Of a DNA stretch of 64,000 nt, positions 1 to 12,954 are shown one piece after another. Source of the DNA: Squalus acanthias (lineage: Eukaryota); NCBI GenBank assembly GCA_030390025.1, contig CM059427.1, positions 188,914,001 to 188,978,000 of the forward strand, written 5' to 3'. Each line of letters opens with the position of its first letter. Position 1 is the stretch's first letter. A model generated the notes under the pieces. It had not been told where the DNA came from and searched no databases. It saw only the letters and a list, made by a program, of their open reading frames with translations. Position numbers and translations under genes: made by a program.

Positions 1-1149
1 TCGTGTGTAACCAATTTGATTGAATTTATCAAGGGGGTGACTAGGTGTGTGGATGAGCGTAGTGCAGTTGATGTAGTCTACATGGAGTTCACCAAGGCAT
101 TTGACAAAGTCCCACATGGGAGACTGGTCAAGAAGGTAAGAGCCCATGGGATCCAGGGCAATTTGCCACATTGGATCCAAAATTGGCTTAGTGGCAGGAG
201 GCAGAGGGTAATGGTCGAAGGTTGTTTTTGTGACTGGAAGCCTGTGTCCAGTGGTGTACCGCAGGCTTCAGTGCTGGGTCCTTTGCTGTTTGTAGTGTAC
301 ATTAATGATTTGGATATGAATGTAGGAGGTATGATCAGTAAGTTCGCAGATGACATGAAAATTAGTGGAGTGGTAAATAGCGAGGAGGGAAGCCTCAGGC
401 TACAGGACGATACAGACGGGTTGGTTGGATGGGCAGAACAGTGGCAAATGGAATTTAACCCTGAAAAGTTTGAGTTGATGCATTTTGGGAGCACTAACAA
501 GGCAAGGAATACACAATGAATGGTAGGACCTGAGGAAGGACAGAGGATCAGAGGGACCTTGGTGTGCATATACATAGATCCCTGAAGGCAGCAGGACAGG
601 TAAATAAGGTGGTTAAAAAGGCATATGGGATACTTGCCTTCATTAGCCTAGGCATAGAATATAAGAGCAGGGAGGTTACGATGGAGCTGCACAAAACGCT
701 AGTTAGGCCACAGCTGAAATACTGTGTGCAGTTCTGGTTGCCACACTATAGGAAGGATGTGATTGCATTGGAGAGGGTGCAGAGGAGATTCACCAGGATG
801 TTAGCTGGGATGGAGCGCTTCAGCTATGAAGAGAGACTGGACAGGCTGGAGTTAATTTCCTTAGAGCTGAGAAGGCTAAGGGGGGTCCTGATTGAGGTGT
901 ACAAAATTATGAGGGGCATAGAATGTTAGATAGAAAGGAACTTTTCCCCTTATTAGAGGGGTCAATAACCAGGGGGCATAGTTTGAAGGTAAGGGGCAGG
1001 AGGTTTAGAGGGGATTTGAGGAAAACCTTTTTCACCCAGAGGGTTGTTGGAATCTAGAACTCACTGCCTGAAAGGGTGGTAGAGGCAGGAACCCTCACAA
1101 CATTCAAGAAGCATTTCGATGAGCACTTGAATCGCCATAGCATACAAGG

Positions 1150-2792
1150 TGTAGAATTCGCAATTATCGCGATTTCATTTTAATAAGGAGAAAACACAAG
1201 TTTCGTTCAAAACAGCTTTTATTTCAGCGGAATGCTGTCAGGTTTAAATTGGACACAAGCAGCCTGTAAAATGGCCGCCGCACCGCGTGACAGAACATTC
1301 GAGACTTTTCGGCAGGCAGACAAGATGGCGTTCCAATAAACATTTTTGCAGGATCGATAACGATTCAGCACAGTGAAGACAATACACAGGACATTATGGG
1401 TTTACAGTATAAACATCGATACTGGAATCGGTCTCCCAGGTACAAAGGAAAGCCATCAAGGGCCCATCCAAAGGACATTAATATGTAAACTCCCAACGGC
1501 TCTACGATGAGAGAGCCGTTAGCAGGTAGTTATACAGGACACTTGGAAGCCCCAAACCCCTCCAGGGGGAACACCGACCGATTTGACAATGGGAGAAATA
1601 TTAACAGGTACTCAAACATTTAGGAGTAGCCCCGAAACCCATTAAGGACAGAGATCACCCATACAGGACATTTTTGGGCGCCAAACCTTAAACAAAAGAA
1701 TGGACATTGTAGTTGGGCGGGAAACGGAAGAACTGTGCACTATAATTGCAGGCCCAAACCGTCCATTCGCTCTCTTGCCTCGTGTTCGTGACTCTTGCTC
1801 TTTTGCTCTTGACTCTTGCCGCTTGCTGCTGTTATCATCGTGGCTGCTCCTGTGTTTTATCCGGTCGATTCGTAACCTCGTGGCTGCTCCTGGGTAAAAG
1901 ACTGTTGCAAAGACCTATGTTGGTAGCTGGCAGCGGAACCGAAGGCCCGGGATGAGATGAGATGAGATGAGATGAGATGAGAGGAGAAGAGAAGAAGACC
2001 TTATCCATCGCCACGGTCAGTAAATCCCGACCGCGCCTGTAGGTCGATCAGCCAAGTCTTCTCGACAGGAAGTTTTCTTCTTTAACAAGACATATTGCAT
2101 CGATGATAACTGGACTGTGCAAACACATCGTATCAGTGATATTGACAACGGTGCTCCACCATACCCTGTATCCAACCAACAGAGGTCTTCACTACAGCGG
2201 ACGGTCCAGCCGACTGACCGAGCAGCAGAAGCAGTAAACAAGTGGGACCAGGAGATCTCCTGACCAACACGTGGGTGCTGCGGTGAAAAACATCCGATCA
2301 GCTATTCGGGATTTCTCCGAGTTATTACGAGTGGTGAGCATGAGTCTCGGGATCCTACGAAGCCAGTTTTAGGATAGTTATTGATAGGGGAGGGTTTAAA
2401 GATTAAGGATATTTGTAATGTGTGCCCTATTTACGTTGTGCTGGTCGTTCCTCGTTTCCCTAAGAGTGATTATAACTGTTTGTAAGATTGTACTGTCATT
2501 AATCTGTGCATATGACATGTATTTCATAATTTTAAGTATCATGCAATAAAGATTTTCCATTTCGTACCGTTCAAACCAAGTCTACATGAGTTTTATCTCC
2601 ATTACTGCTCTCGCATCTAAGTCCAGTGTCTAGAACCGTAAGGGAGAGTGATTCGAACCACTCACAGGGGTGTCTAGTGTTCCCAGACTGGCTGGAGACC
2701 AGGCCTAGACCCGCACTGACATACAGGCTGCACAGAGCCGCGTGAACCTCACAGGTTACGAGACACGCAGGGTCAGGAGAGTATCCCTTACA
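1150..2792 (+). mobile_element. Solo LTR, 1643 bp (ERV1- or Gypsy-like)
   Basis: TGTA...TACA ends; 4-bp TSD AAGG (1146-1149 / 2793-2796); AATAAA at 2545; the empty site is visible at 63671-63685. Confidence 0.88.
1950..1998 (+). repeat. (GAGAT)n / GA-rich microsatellite inside the LTR
   Basis: Direct reading of the sequence. Confidence 0.9.
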
Positions 2793-2905
2793 AAGGCTAC
2801 GGACCAAGTGCTGGAGAATGGGTTAGAATAGACAGGGCTTGATGACCGGCGTGGACACGATGGGCCGAAGGTCCTCTTTCTGTGCTGGAGAACTCTATGA
2901 CTCTA

Positions 2906-3672
2906 TGACTAAGTGTGAGATAATGCATTTGGGGAGGGCTAACAAGGCAGGACACTGAGAAGTGCAAAGGGACAAAGGAACCTTGGAGTAACTGTCCACA
3001 GTTCCCTGAATGTAGCAGGCCAAGTAGATAAGGTGGTTAAGAAGGCATTCAGAATACTTGTCTTTATTAGCCGATGCATAGAAAACAAGAGCAGGGAGGT
3101 ATGCTTGAACTGTATAAAACACTAGTTAGGCCACAGCTAGAGTTCTGCTAGAATACTGCGTGCAGTTCTGCTCACCACATTACAGGAAAGATGTGATTGC
3201 ACTAGAGAGGGTACGGAGGAGATTTGCGAGGATGTTGCCTGGACTGGAGAATTTTAGCTATGAGGAAAGATTGGAACAGAGGAGGCTGAGGGGAAACCTT
3301 ATTGAGGTGTATAAAATTATGAGGGGCCTAGACAGAGTGGATAGGAAGGACCAATTTCCCTTAGCAGAGGGGTCAACAACCAGGGGGCATAGATTTAAAT
3401 TAATTGTTCAGAGGTTTAGAGGGGATTTGAGGGGAAATTTCTTCACCCAGAGGCTGGTGGGGGTCTGAAAATCACTGCCTGAAAGGGTGGTAGATGCAGA
3501 GGCTCACCACATTTAAAAGATGCTTGGATGTGCACTTGAAGTGCTGTAACCTACAGGGCTACAGACCAAGAGCTGGACAGTGGGATTAGGGTGGATAGCT
3601 CTTTTTTGGCCGGCGTGGACACAATGGGCTGAAATGGCCTCCTTCCGTGCTGTGAATTTCTATGATTCTATG
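2906..3672 (+). mobile_element. CR1 LINE 3' fragment
   Basis: QFCSPHYRKD...FFTQR and a (ttctatga) tail. Confidence 0.9.
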
Positions 3673-3679
3673 GTTACCT

Positions 3680-4155
3680 CGGCGGGTCCGAGGTGAGTGC
3701 TGTCGGTGGTGGGTCGCGGCCCTGCTGCTGGCTCCATCCTGTTCCATAAACGGAACTTACTTTGATAGGGCTTGTTAAGCCTGCCCAGCGCGTTCCCCAG
3801 CCCAATTAGAGGAAGCGGGTCCGCTGATGTCATTCATGACACGCCATCAGCCGGTTTCCTTAAAGGGACCATGGCCAACTTTGTTTTGACATTGGTGGTG
3901 TCAGTGTTCCACAGTCTCGAAGTGCTGCAAACACTGACAATCACTGCAAAGAGGTGCAGGGCTGCACACAGGTTCTCCCATGACTAGCTCCATATAAACA
4001 CACAGGGAGGTCCTCTTTCCTTCCCGTAAGCGGAAGAGACCTCCCCAGGAGACCAACACAGCCTGGTTGCACATTGCGGCGGAGGTTACAAGCAGGGATG
4101 TCGTCAGCAGGACCAGGGTGCAGTGGCGCAAACCTTTCAATGATCTCATTAGATC
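3680..4155 (+). mobile_element. PIF/Harbinger remnant with a Myb/SANT-like ORF fragment
   Basis: Frame-broken peptide AAHRFS..REVLFPSRKRKRPPQETNTAWLHIAAEVTS..SRTRVQWRKPFNDL matches the trihelix Myb/SANT pattern of the Harbinger DNA-binding protein. Confidence 0.6.
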
Positions 4156-4179
4156 ACAAAACATTCGGTCAAAGCCACA

Positions 4180-5100
4180 CTCACTTTGCACAAAAGAAGA
4201 TGCTTGTGGTGGTTGGAGGTCAATCATCACAGCCCCAGGACATCGCTGCGGGAGTTCCTCAGGGCAGTATCCTAGGCCCAACCATCTTCAGCTGCTTCAT
4301 CAATGACCTTCCCTCCATCATAAGGTCAGAAGTGGGGATGTTCGCTGATGATTGCACAGTGTTCAGTTCCATATTTTGGACTCCACAGGAAGCATCTGGT
4401 TGAGTTTAACATTTGATGCATTTTTTAATGTTTAATGCCTTTGTTACTACAGGGTTATAGCCTATGAAACCCAGGCAGAGAGGACCTGCGTGAAGGAGGG
4501 AGGAGGACAGTAGGAGTATTTTTGTGTGTGTGTGTGCTAGGCCGATGTAGCAGAGCCTGGTCTCCAATCGTCTTGGATCCCCTTGCCATTGGACCAAGAC
4601 CTTGCTCTGTCAAGCCCGTGTGGTAGCTGGTGTGCAATGGCCACCCCACGTTAAAAGAATTCATGCACAGGCATCTTCCACCCTTTAAAATGAAGTTCGG
4701 GACCTGGAACGTCAGGACCCTCTTGGGCAACCCCAACAGCAACAGAGACTGTAGGTCCCGCATTGGACTCATCAGTCACCTGAGAACTCATTTTTAGTGT
4801 GGAACAAGTCATCCTCGGTTCCGAGGGACTGCCTAAGAGAAGAAGTCCAGTTCCATTCGCAACTCCTCAGATAATGAAGCATTCTGTGCCCACATGCAGC
4901 AAGACCTGGATGACATTCAGGCTTGGGCTGATAAGTGACAGGTTAACATTCACGCCACACAAGTACCAGGCAATGACTATCTCCAACAAGTAAGCGTCTA
5001 ACCACCACCCCTTGACATTCAATGGCACTACTATCGCCGATGGGCAATAAAATGCTTGTCTTGCCAGCGACGCCCAGATCCCATGAACAAATAAAAAAAA
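4180..5100 (+). mobile_element. Non-LTR retrotransposon fragments (Crack/L2-related RT)
   Basis: [27 protein letters not shown]. The 3' tail (gggcaataaaatgct..gccagcgacgcccagatcccat) is shared with 46820-46880. Confidence 0.7.
4520..4845 (+). mobile_element. Short bipartite RTE-derived element
   Basis: 5'UTR plus an MKFGTWNVRTL-like start joined directly to an RTE-type 3' end (CRSRIGLISHLRTH) and a gaagaag tail. Confidence 0.6.
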
Positions 5101-5163
5101 ATTACTCAAGTCACATTTAATCATTCTTTTAAAATCAAATATGATTGCAGTAAGATTGCCTAC

Positions 5164-5320
5164 CTTGTGGGAAGAGACTAGTGAAGAAGTCCAGAGACTG
5201 AGCAGCAAAGCTCCCAGCACAGCGACACACAACACACTGAGGTTCTCAGTCGTTGTTCCGCACAAAGTAATTGACGCTGTCTCTTGTGAAACCACAGGGC
5301 AGGCGAGCTTCCTCTTCCCC
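5164..5320 (-). promoter_or_regulatory. Candidate promoter and non-coding first exon of the next (leftward) receptor paralog
   Basis: Unique island with donor AAG|gtaggc at 5163, RUNX motif AACCACA (5290-5296) and ETS/PU.1 motif AAGAGGAAG (5308-5316); its position fits the duplication geometry. Confidence 0.35.
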
Positions 5321-5349
5321 TTCAGCTCAGGGTTCAGGCATCATTGTTT

Positions 5350-6210
5350 GAGCTGAGAAAGAAAATTGGCTCACAATCGGAAACAGAGGGTAGCTCAAAT
5401 GAGAACTTAACAAGCTCAAAAACATTTTGGGATGGGTAGCAAAGGGGTCAGTCCTGGGATCTGTTATTGTAAATGTTACTGGAAGAATTCAAATGGCAGA
5501 GCTCATGATAAATCAGAGAATCTGCTGTTTTATAATGATTGGAGTGTTATAACATGAAGTGCCTAGGGTCGAAATTCTGGGGTTCCAGCTCCGCTACAGA
5601 ATACGGACAGACTTGGACTCCCTGCCACCTCCAGCATAAACCTTGACCCCGCCCCAATTCCCTGGGATGGGTTCATTAGCACGTTTGGGCGATTGCATCA
5701 CACCTGTAAAGTTAATCTGTGATTCCCACTCGATCCACTCCACGAGGTAAGGATCGGGAGACGACTGCTCCAGGTAGCAGAAGATGAGAGAGCGCAAATC
5801 AGGAACAATATAACCCAATTCAGAAGGACTTAAATCTTATAGGCACAAATCTATAAGACACTGGATCGAACCTACACAGCTTTGGTCACCCAATTACAGG
5901 AAATATATTATTGCCTTTGGAAGATTGCTGAGATGTGCAAGAATGATAATTTATCAAGAAAGATTAAGGAATTCACACTTTGAGGAAGTCCACTGGAAAT
6001 TTTCAAGATTCTTAGAGAGCAAACACAATTGATCAATACATGTTGCTCCATATGATGAGGGGCGCACATACCAGGTGGCACAAATTAAGTATTAGTATAG
6101 GAAGGGAGGGCAGGGAGAAATTTTTCAATGTAGGGATATTAGTCAGGGAATAAGATACCAGGGAAGACCATTGAATCAGATGGTAGACATGGGTTACATA
6201 AAAACATAAG
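5350..6210 (+). mobile_element. Old, degraded CR1 fragment
   Basis: Recognisable NWLxxRKQRV and FWSPNYRK-like remnants. Confidence 0.5.
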
Positions 6211-6259
6211 GCCAGTTATTTGTTCAATGCTGATATATGCACCGGGGACCCACATGCTG

Positions 6260-7143
6260 ACCTAAGAACCTATGAACTTAAGATATAGGAGCAGGAGGAG
6301 GCCATTTGGCTCTTCAGCCTGCTCCGCCATTCAATAAGATCATGGCTGATCTTCTACCTCATCTCCACTTTCCTGCACTATGCTGATATCACTTGATTCC
6401 CTTAACATCCAAAAATCTATTGATCTCTGTCTTGAATATACTCAATGACTGAACCTCCACAGACCTCTGGTGTAGAGAATTTCAAAGATTCACCACCCTC
6501 TCAGTGAAGAAATTTCTTCTCATCTCAGTCCTAAATGGCCGACCCCTTATTCTGAGACTGTGAACGCTGGTTCTAGACTCCCCAGCCATGGGGAAACATC
6601 CTCCCTGCATCTACCCTGTCAAGCCCTGTAAGAATTTTGTATGTTTCAATGAGATCACCTCTCATTCTTCGAAACTCTAGAGCATATAGGCCTAGTTTGC
6701 TCAACCTCTCCTCATAGGACAATCCCCCATCCCAGGAATCAGTCAGGTGAACCTTTGTTGCACTCTCTCTATGGCAAGTATATTGTCCTTAGGTAAGGAG
6801 ACCAAAACTGTACACAATACTCCAGGTGTGGTCTCACCAGGGCCCTATATAATTGCAGTAAGACGCCTTTACTCTTAAACTCAAATCCTCTTGTAATAAA
6901 GGCCAACATACCATTTGCTTTCCTAATTGTTTTCTGTACCTGCATGTTAACTTTAAGTGATTTGTGTACAAGGACACCCAGGATGCTCTTAACATCAACA
7001 TTTCCCAATCTCTCACCATTTAAAAAATACACTGCTTTTCTATTTTTCCTACCAAAGTGGATAACTTCACATTTCTCCACATTATATTCCATTTGCCATG
7101 TTCTTGTCCACTCACATAGCCTGTCTATATCCCCTTGAAGCCT
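6260..7143 (-). mobile_element. CR1 LINE 3' part
   Basis: WQMEYNVEKCEVIHFG...LVRPHLEYCVQFWSP and a CR1 tail. Confidence 0.92.
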
Positions 7144-8325
7144 ACATAAGAATATAAGAACATAAGGAATAGGAGCAGGACTAGGACACTTGGCCCCTTG
7201 AGCCTGCTCTGCCATTCAATAAGATCATGGCTGATTTTGGGCTCAAAGCCACTTCCCCGCACACTCCCCATAACCTTTCCCTCACTGATCTTGCAAAAAT
7301 CTGTCTATCTCCACCTTAAATGTATTTAATAACCCAGAGAATTTGACAGATTTACGACCCTCTGAGAGAGGAAATTCCTCCTCATCTCAGTTCTAAAAGG
7401 GCGACCCTTTATTCTAAAACTGTGACCCCGCGTTCTAGATTCCCCCACTAGGGGAAACATCCTCTCTGCATCTACCTTCTCAAGCCCCCTCAGTATCTTA
7501 CATGTTTCAATAAGATCATCTCTCATTCTTCTAAATTCCAATGAGCATAGGCCCAGCCTGCTCAACCTTTCCTCATAAGTCAACCCCCTCATCTCTGGAA
7601 TAAGCCTAGTGAATCGTCTCTGAACTGCCTCCAATGCAAGTATATCCTTCCATAAATAAGGAGACCAAAACTGTACGCAGTACTCAAGGTGTAGTTTCAT
7701 CAATACCCTGTACAGTTGTAGCAGGACTTCCCTGCTTTTATACTCCAACCCCTTTGAAATAAAGGCCAACATTCCATTTGCCTTTTTGATTACTTGCTGT
7801 ACCTGCATGCTAACTTTTTGTATTTCATGCACAAGGACCCCCAGGTCCCTCTGAACTGTAGCATTTTGTAATCTCTCTCCATTTAAATAATAATTTGTTA
7901 TTTATTTTTCCTGCCAAAGTGTATAACCTCGCACTTTCCCACATTATACTCCACCTGCCAAGTTTTTGCTCACCTGTCTATATCCCTTTGCAGGTTCTTT
8001 GAGTCCTCTGCACAACTTGCTTTCCCACCCATCTTTGTATCATCCGCAAACTTGGCTACATTACACTCGGTCCCTTCATACAAGGCATTAATGTAGATTG
8101 TAAATAGTTGAGGCCCCAGCAACGATCCCTGTGGCACCCCACTAGTTACCGTTTGCCAACGGGAAAATGACCCATTTATCATGACTCTCTGCTTTCTGTT
8201 AGTTAGCCAATTCTCTGTCCATGCTAATATATTACCCCCAATTCCGTGAGCTCTTATCTTATGCAGTAACCTTTTATGTGGCACCTTATCGAATGCCTTC
8301 TGGAAATCCAAATACAACACATCCA
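7144..8325 (-). mobile_element. CR1 LINE 3' part
   Basis: ORFs 7326-7832 and 7970-8344 carry RT motifs. Confidence 0.92.
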
Positions 8326-9826
8326 CTGGAAATAGTAGATGCATTGCTGGTCATCTTTCAAAATTCTATAGACTCTGGAACAGTTCCCATGGATTGGAGG
8401 GTAGCTAATGTAATCCCACTATTTAAAAAAGGTGGTAGAGAAAAATCGGGGAATTATAGACCGGTAAGTCTGACATCGGTAGTGGGCAAAATGCTAGAGT
8501 CCATTATAAAAGATGTAATAGCAGAGCACTTGGAAAACAGTGACAGGATTGGACAAAGTCAACATGGATTTACAAAAGGTAAATCATGCCTGACTAATCT
8601 ACTGGAATTTTTTGAGGATGTAACTGGTAGAATAGATAAGGGAGAACTAGTGGATGTGGTGTATTTGGACTTTCAGAAGGCTTTCGATAAGGTCCCGCAT
8701 AAGAGATTAGCGTGCAAAGTTAAAGCACATGGGATTGGGGGTAAGGTACTGATTTGGATAGAGAACTGATTGGCAGACAGGAAGCAGAGAGTTGGAATAA
8801 ACGGGTCTTTTTCCGAGTGGCAGGCAGTGACTAGTGGGGTACCGCAGGGATCGGTGCTAGGACCCCAGCTATTCACAATATATATTAATGATCTAGACGA
8901 GGGAACTAGATGTAATATCTCTAAGTTTGTAGACGACAAAAAGCTGGGTGGGCGTGTGTGCTGTGAGGAGGATGCAGAGAAACTCCAGTACGATTTGGAC
9001 AGGTTGGGTGATTGGGCAGATGCATGGCAGATGCAGTATAATGTGGATAAATGCGAGGTTATCCAATTTGGTGTCAAAATCAGGAAGACAGATTATTATC
9101 TGAACGGCAATAGATTGGGAAAAGGGGAAGTGCAACGAGATCTGGGAGTCCTTGTGCACCATTCGCTGAAGGTAAGCATGCAAGTGCAGCAGGCGGTTAA
9201 GAATGCAAATGGTATGTTGGCCTTCATAGCGAGAGGATTCGAGTACAGGAGCAAGGATGTCTTGCTGCAGTTATACAGGGCCTTGGTGAGACCACATCTT
9301 GAGTATTGTGTGCAGTTTTGGTCGCCTTATCTGAGGAAGGATGTTCTTGCCATGGAGGGAGTGCAGCAAAGATTTACCAGACTGATACCTGGGATGGCAG
9401 GAATGACGTATGAAGAGAGATTGGGTCATTTAGGCTTATATTCGCTAGAGTTTAGAAGAATGAGAGGGGATCTCATTGAAACTTATAAAATTCTAACAGG
9501 ACTAGACAGACTAGATGCAGGAAGGATGTTCCCGATGGCGGGGGAGTCCAGAATCAGAGGTAAGGGGTAAGCCATTTAGGACTGAGATGAGGAGGAATTT
9601 CTTCACCCAGAGAGTGGTGAACCTGTGAAATTCTCTACCACAGAAGGCAGTTGAGGCCAATTCATTAAATATATTCAAGAAGGAGATAGATATATTTCTT
9701 AATGCTAAAGGGATCAAGGGATATGGGTAGAAAGCAGGGACAGTGTATTGAATTTGGATGATCAGCCATGATCTCATTAAATGGTGGAGCAGGCTCGAGG
9801 GGCCGAATGGCCTACTCCAGCTCCTA
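8325..9826 (+). mobile_element. CR1 LINE, 5'-truncated RT
   Basis: ORFs 8221-8769 and 8770-9570, separated by one in-frame TGA. Confidence 0.93.
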
Positions 9827-12800
9827 CATAGATACATAGAACAGTACAGCACAGTACAGGCCCTTCGGCCCTCGATGTTGTGCCGAGCATTGTCCGAGAC
9901 CAAGATCAAGCTATCACACTCCCTATCACTCTGGTGTGCTCCATGTGCTTATCCAATAATCGCTTGAAAGTTCCTAAAGTGTCCGACTCCACTATCACAG
10001 CAGGCAGTCCATTCCACACCCCAACCACTCTCTGAGTAAAGAAGCTACCTCGGACATCCCTTCTATATCTCCCCCCATGCACCTTATAGTTATGCCCCCT
10101 TGTAACAGCTGCCTCTACCCGAGGAAATAGTCTCTGAACATCCACTCTATCTATCCCCCTCATCATCTTATAAACCTCTATTAAGTCGCCTCTCATCCTC
10201 CTCCGCTCTAAAGAGAAAAGCCCCAACTCCCTCAATCTTTCCTCATAAGACCTCCCCCCCAAACCAGGCAGCATCCTGGTAAATCTCCTTTGCACTCTTT
10301 CCAATGCTTCCACGTCCTTCCTATAGTGAGGTGACCAGAACTGCACACAATATTCCAAATGTGGTCTCACCAAGGTCCTGTACAGTTGCAGCATAACCTC
10401 ACGGTTCTTAAACTCAAACCCTCTGTTAATAAACGCCAACACACCATAGGCCTTCTTTACTGCTCTATCCACTTGAGTGGCAACCTTCAGAGATCTGTGG
10501 ATATGAACCCCCAGATCCCTCTGCTCCTCCACGTTCCTCAGAACCCTGCCGTTGACCCTGTAATCCTTATTCAAATTTGCCCTACCAAAATGAATCACCT
10601 CGCACTTATCAGGGTTAAATTCCATCTGCCATTTTTCGGCCCAGCTCTGCATCCTATCAATGTCTCTTTGCAGCCTACAACTGCCCTCCACCTCATCCAC
10701 TACTCCACCAATCTTGGTGTCATCAGCAAATTTACTGATCCACCCTTCAGTCCCCTCCTCCAAGTCAGTGATAAAAATCACAAACAGCAGAGGACCCAGC
10801 ACCGACCCCTGTGGCACACCGCTGGTAACTGGTCTCCAGTCTGAAAATTTTCCATCCACCACCACCCTCTGCCTTCTATGAGATAGCCAGTTACTTATCC
10901 AATCGCCCAAATTTCCCTCTATCCCACAACTCCTTACTTTCTTCATGAGACGACCATGGGGAACCTTATCAAACGCCTTACTAAAATCCATGTATACGAC
11001 ATCAACTGCTCTACCTTCATCTACACACTTAGTTACCTCCTCAAAGAATTCAATCAAATTTGTTAGGCAAGACTTACCCTTCACGAATCCGTGTTGACTA
11101 TCCCTGATTAAGTTGCCCCTTTCCAAATGGTCATAAATCCTATCCCTCAGGACCTTTTCCATTATCTTACCAACCACCGAAGTAAGACTAACCGGCCTAT
11201 AATTACCAGGGTCATTCCTATTTCCTTTCTTGAAGAGAGGAACAACATTCGCCACTCTCCAGTCCTCTGACATCATCCCCGTGGACAGTGAGGACCCAAA
11301 GATCAAAGCCAGAGGCTCTGCAATCTCCTACCTTGCCTCCCAAAGAATCCTAGGATATATCCCATCTGGCCCAGGGGACTTATCGACCCTCAGGTTCTTC
11401 AAAATTACTAAAACATCTTCCCTCAGAACATCTACCACCTCCAGCCTATCCACCTTTATCACACTCTCATCCTCAAGAACATGGCCCCTCTCCTCGGTGA
11501 ACACTGACGAAAAGTATTCATTCATCACCTCTCCTATCTCTTCTGACTCCATGCACAAGTTCCCACTACTGTCCTTGACCGGCCCTACCCTCACCCTGGT
11601 CATTCTTTTATTTCTCACATAAGAGTAAAAAGCCTTGGGGTTTTTCTTGATCCGACCCACCAAGGACTTCTCATGCCCCCTCCTAGCTCTCCTAAGCTCT
11701 TTTTTTAGCTCATTCCTTGCTACCTTGTACCCCTCAATCGACCCAACTGAACCTTGTTTTCTCATCCTTACATACGCTTCCTTTTTCCTCTTGACTAGAC
11801 ATTCAACCTCTTTTGTGAACCATGGTTCTCTCACTCGGCCATTTCCTCCCTGCCTGACAGGGACATACCTATCAAGGACACGCAGTAATTGCTCCATGAA
11901 AAAGCTCCACTTTTCGTTTGTGCCTTTCCCTGATAGTTTCTGTTCCCATCTTATACTCCCTAATTCTTGCCTAATCGCATCATAATTACCCCTCCCCCAA
12001 TTATAAACCCTGCCCTGCCGTATGGCCCTATCCCTCTCCATTGCAATAGTGAAAGTTACCGAATTGTGGTCACTATCTCCAAAGTGCTCTCCCACATACA
12101 AATCAAACACTTGGCCCGGTTCATTACCCAGTACCAAATCCAACGTGGCCCCACCTCTTGTCGGCCTATCCACATATTGTGTCAGGAAACCCTCCTGCAC
12201 ACACTGTGCAAAAACTATCCCATCCGAACTGTTTGACCTATAAAGTTTCCAATCAATATTTGGAAAGTTGAAGTCACCCATGACAACTACTCTGTGACCT
12301 CCACACCTATTCATAATCTGCTTTGCAATTTCTTCCTCCACATCTTTATTACTATTTGGGGGCCTGTAGAAAACTCCTAACAACGTGACCGCTCCTTTCC
12401 TATTTCTAACTTCAGCCCATATTACCTCAGACGGCAGATCCCCCTCGAACTGCCTTTCTGCCGCTGTTAAACTATCCTTGATTAACAATGCTACTCCTCC
12501 ACCTTTCTTACCAACTTCCCTACTCTTACTGAAACATCTATACCCCGGAACTTCCAACAACCATTCCTGTCCCTGTTCTAACCATGTCTCCGTAATGGCC
12601 ACCACATCGTAGTCCCAAGTACCAATCCACGCTCCAAGTTCTCCTACCTTATTCCGGATGCTCCTTGCATTGAAGTAGACACACTTCAAGCCATCTTCCT
12701 GTCTGCCGGTACATTCCTGCGACCTTGATACCCTCCTCAGTACCTCCCTACACTCACCACTGGCTCGTGGACTACAGCCCTTTTTCCCATCCCCCTGACA

Positions 12801-12851
12801 AATTAGTTCCTGTCCCTGTGTTCCGATGTACCGCTCAGCCAAGGCTGTCAC
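9826..12851 (-). mobile_element. Young CR1 LINE; ORF2 (APE endonuclease + RT) with a single premature stop
   Basis: ORFs 11328-12851 (NARS, ITETW, YRPP, GDFN, SDH) and 9906-11306 (RT) are in the same frame, separated by TAG at 11328-11330. Confidence 0.95.
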
Positions 12852-12954
12852 TTAACAGTCCTTGTTTGAAATATGTTAGCCCAGCTATCAGAGTTTTACT
12901 TGGTACGTATTAATTATAACTCAAAATACAAAAATGAATAGTCATTAACTCATG

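Larger units (their letters stand above)
1..2905 (+). mobile_element. CR1 LINE 3' part (RT, frameshifted), interrupted by a solo LTR
   Basis: ORFs 16-519 and 564-929 carry [17 protein letters not shown] and LVRPQL.YC; ctatga-type tail near 2895. Confidence 0.93.
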
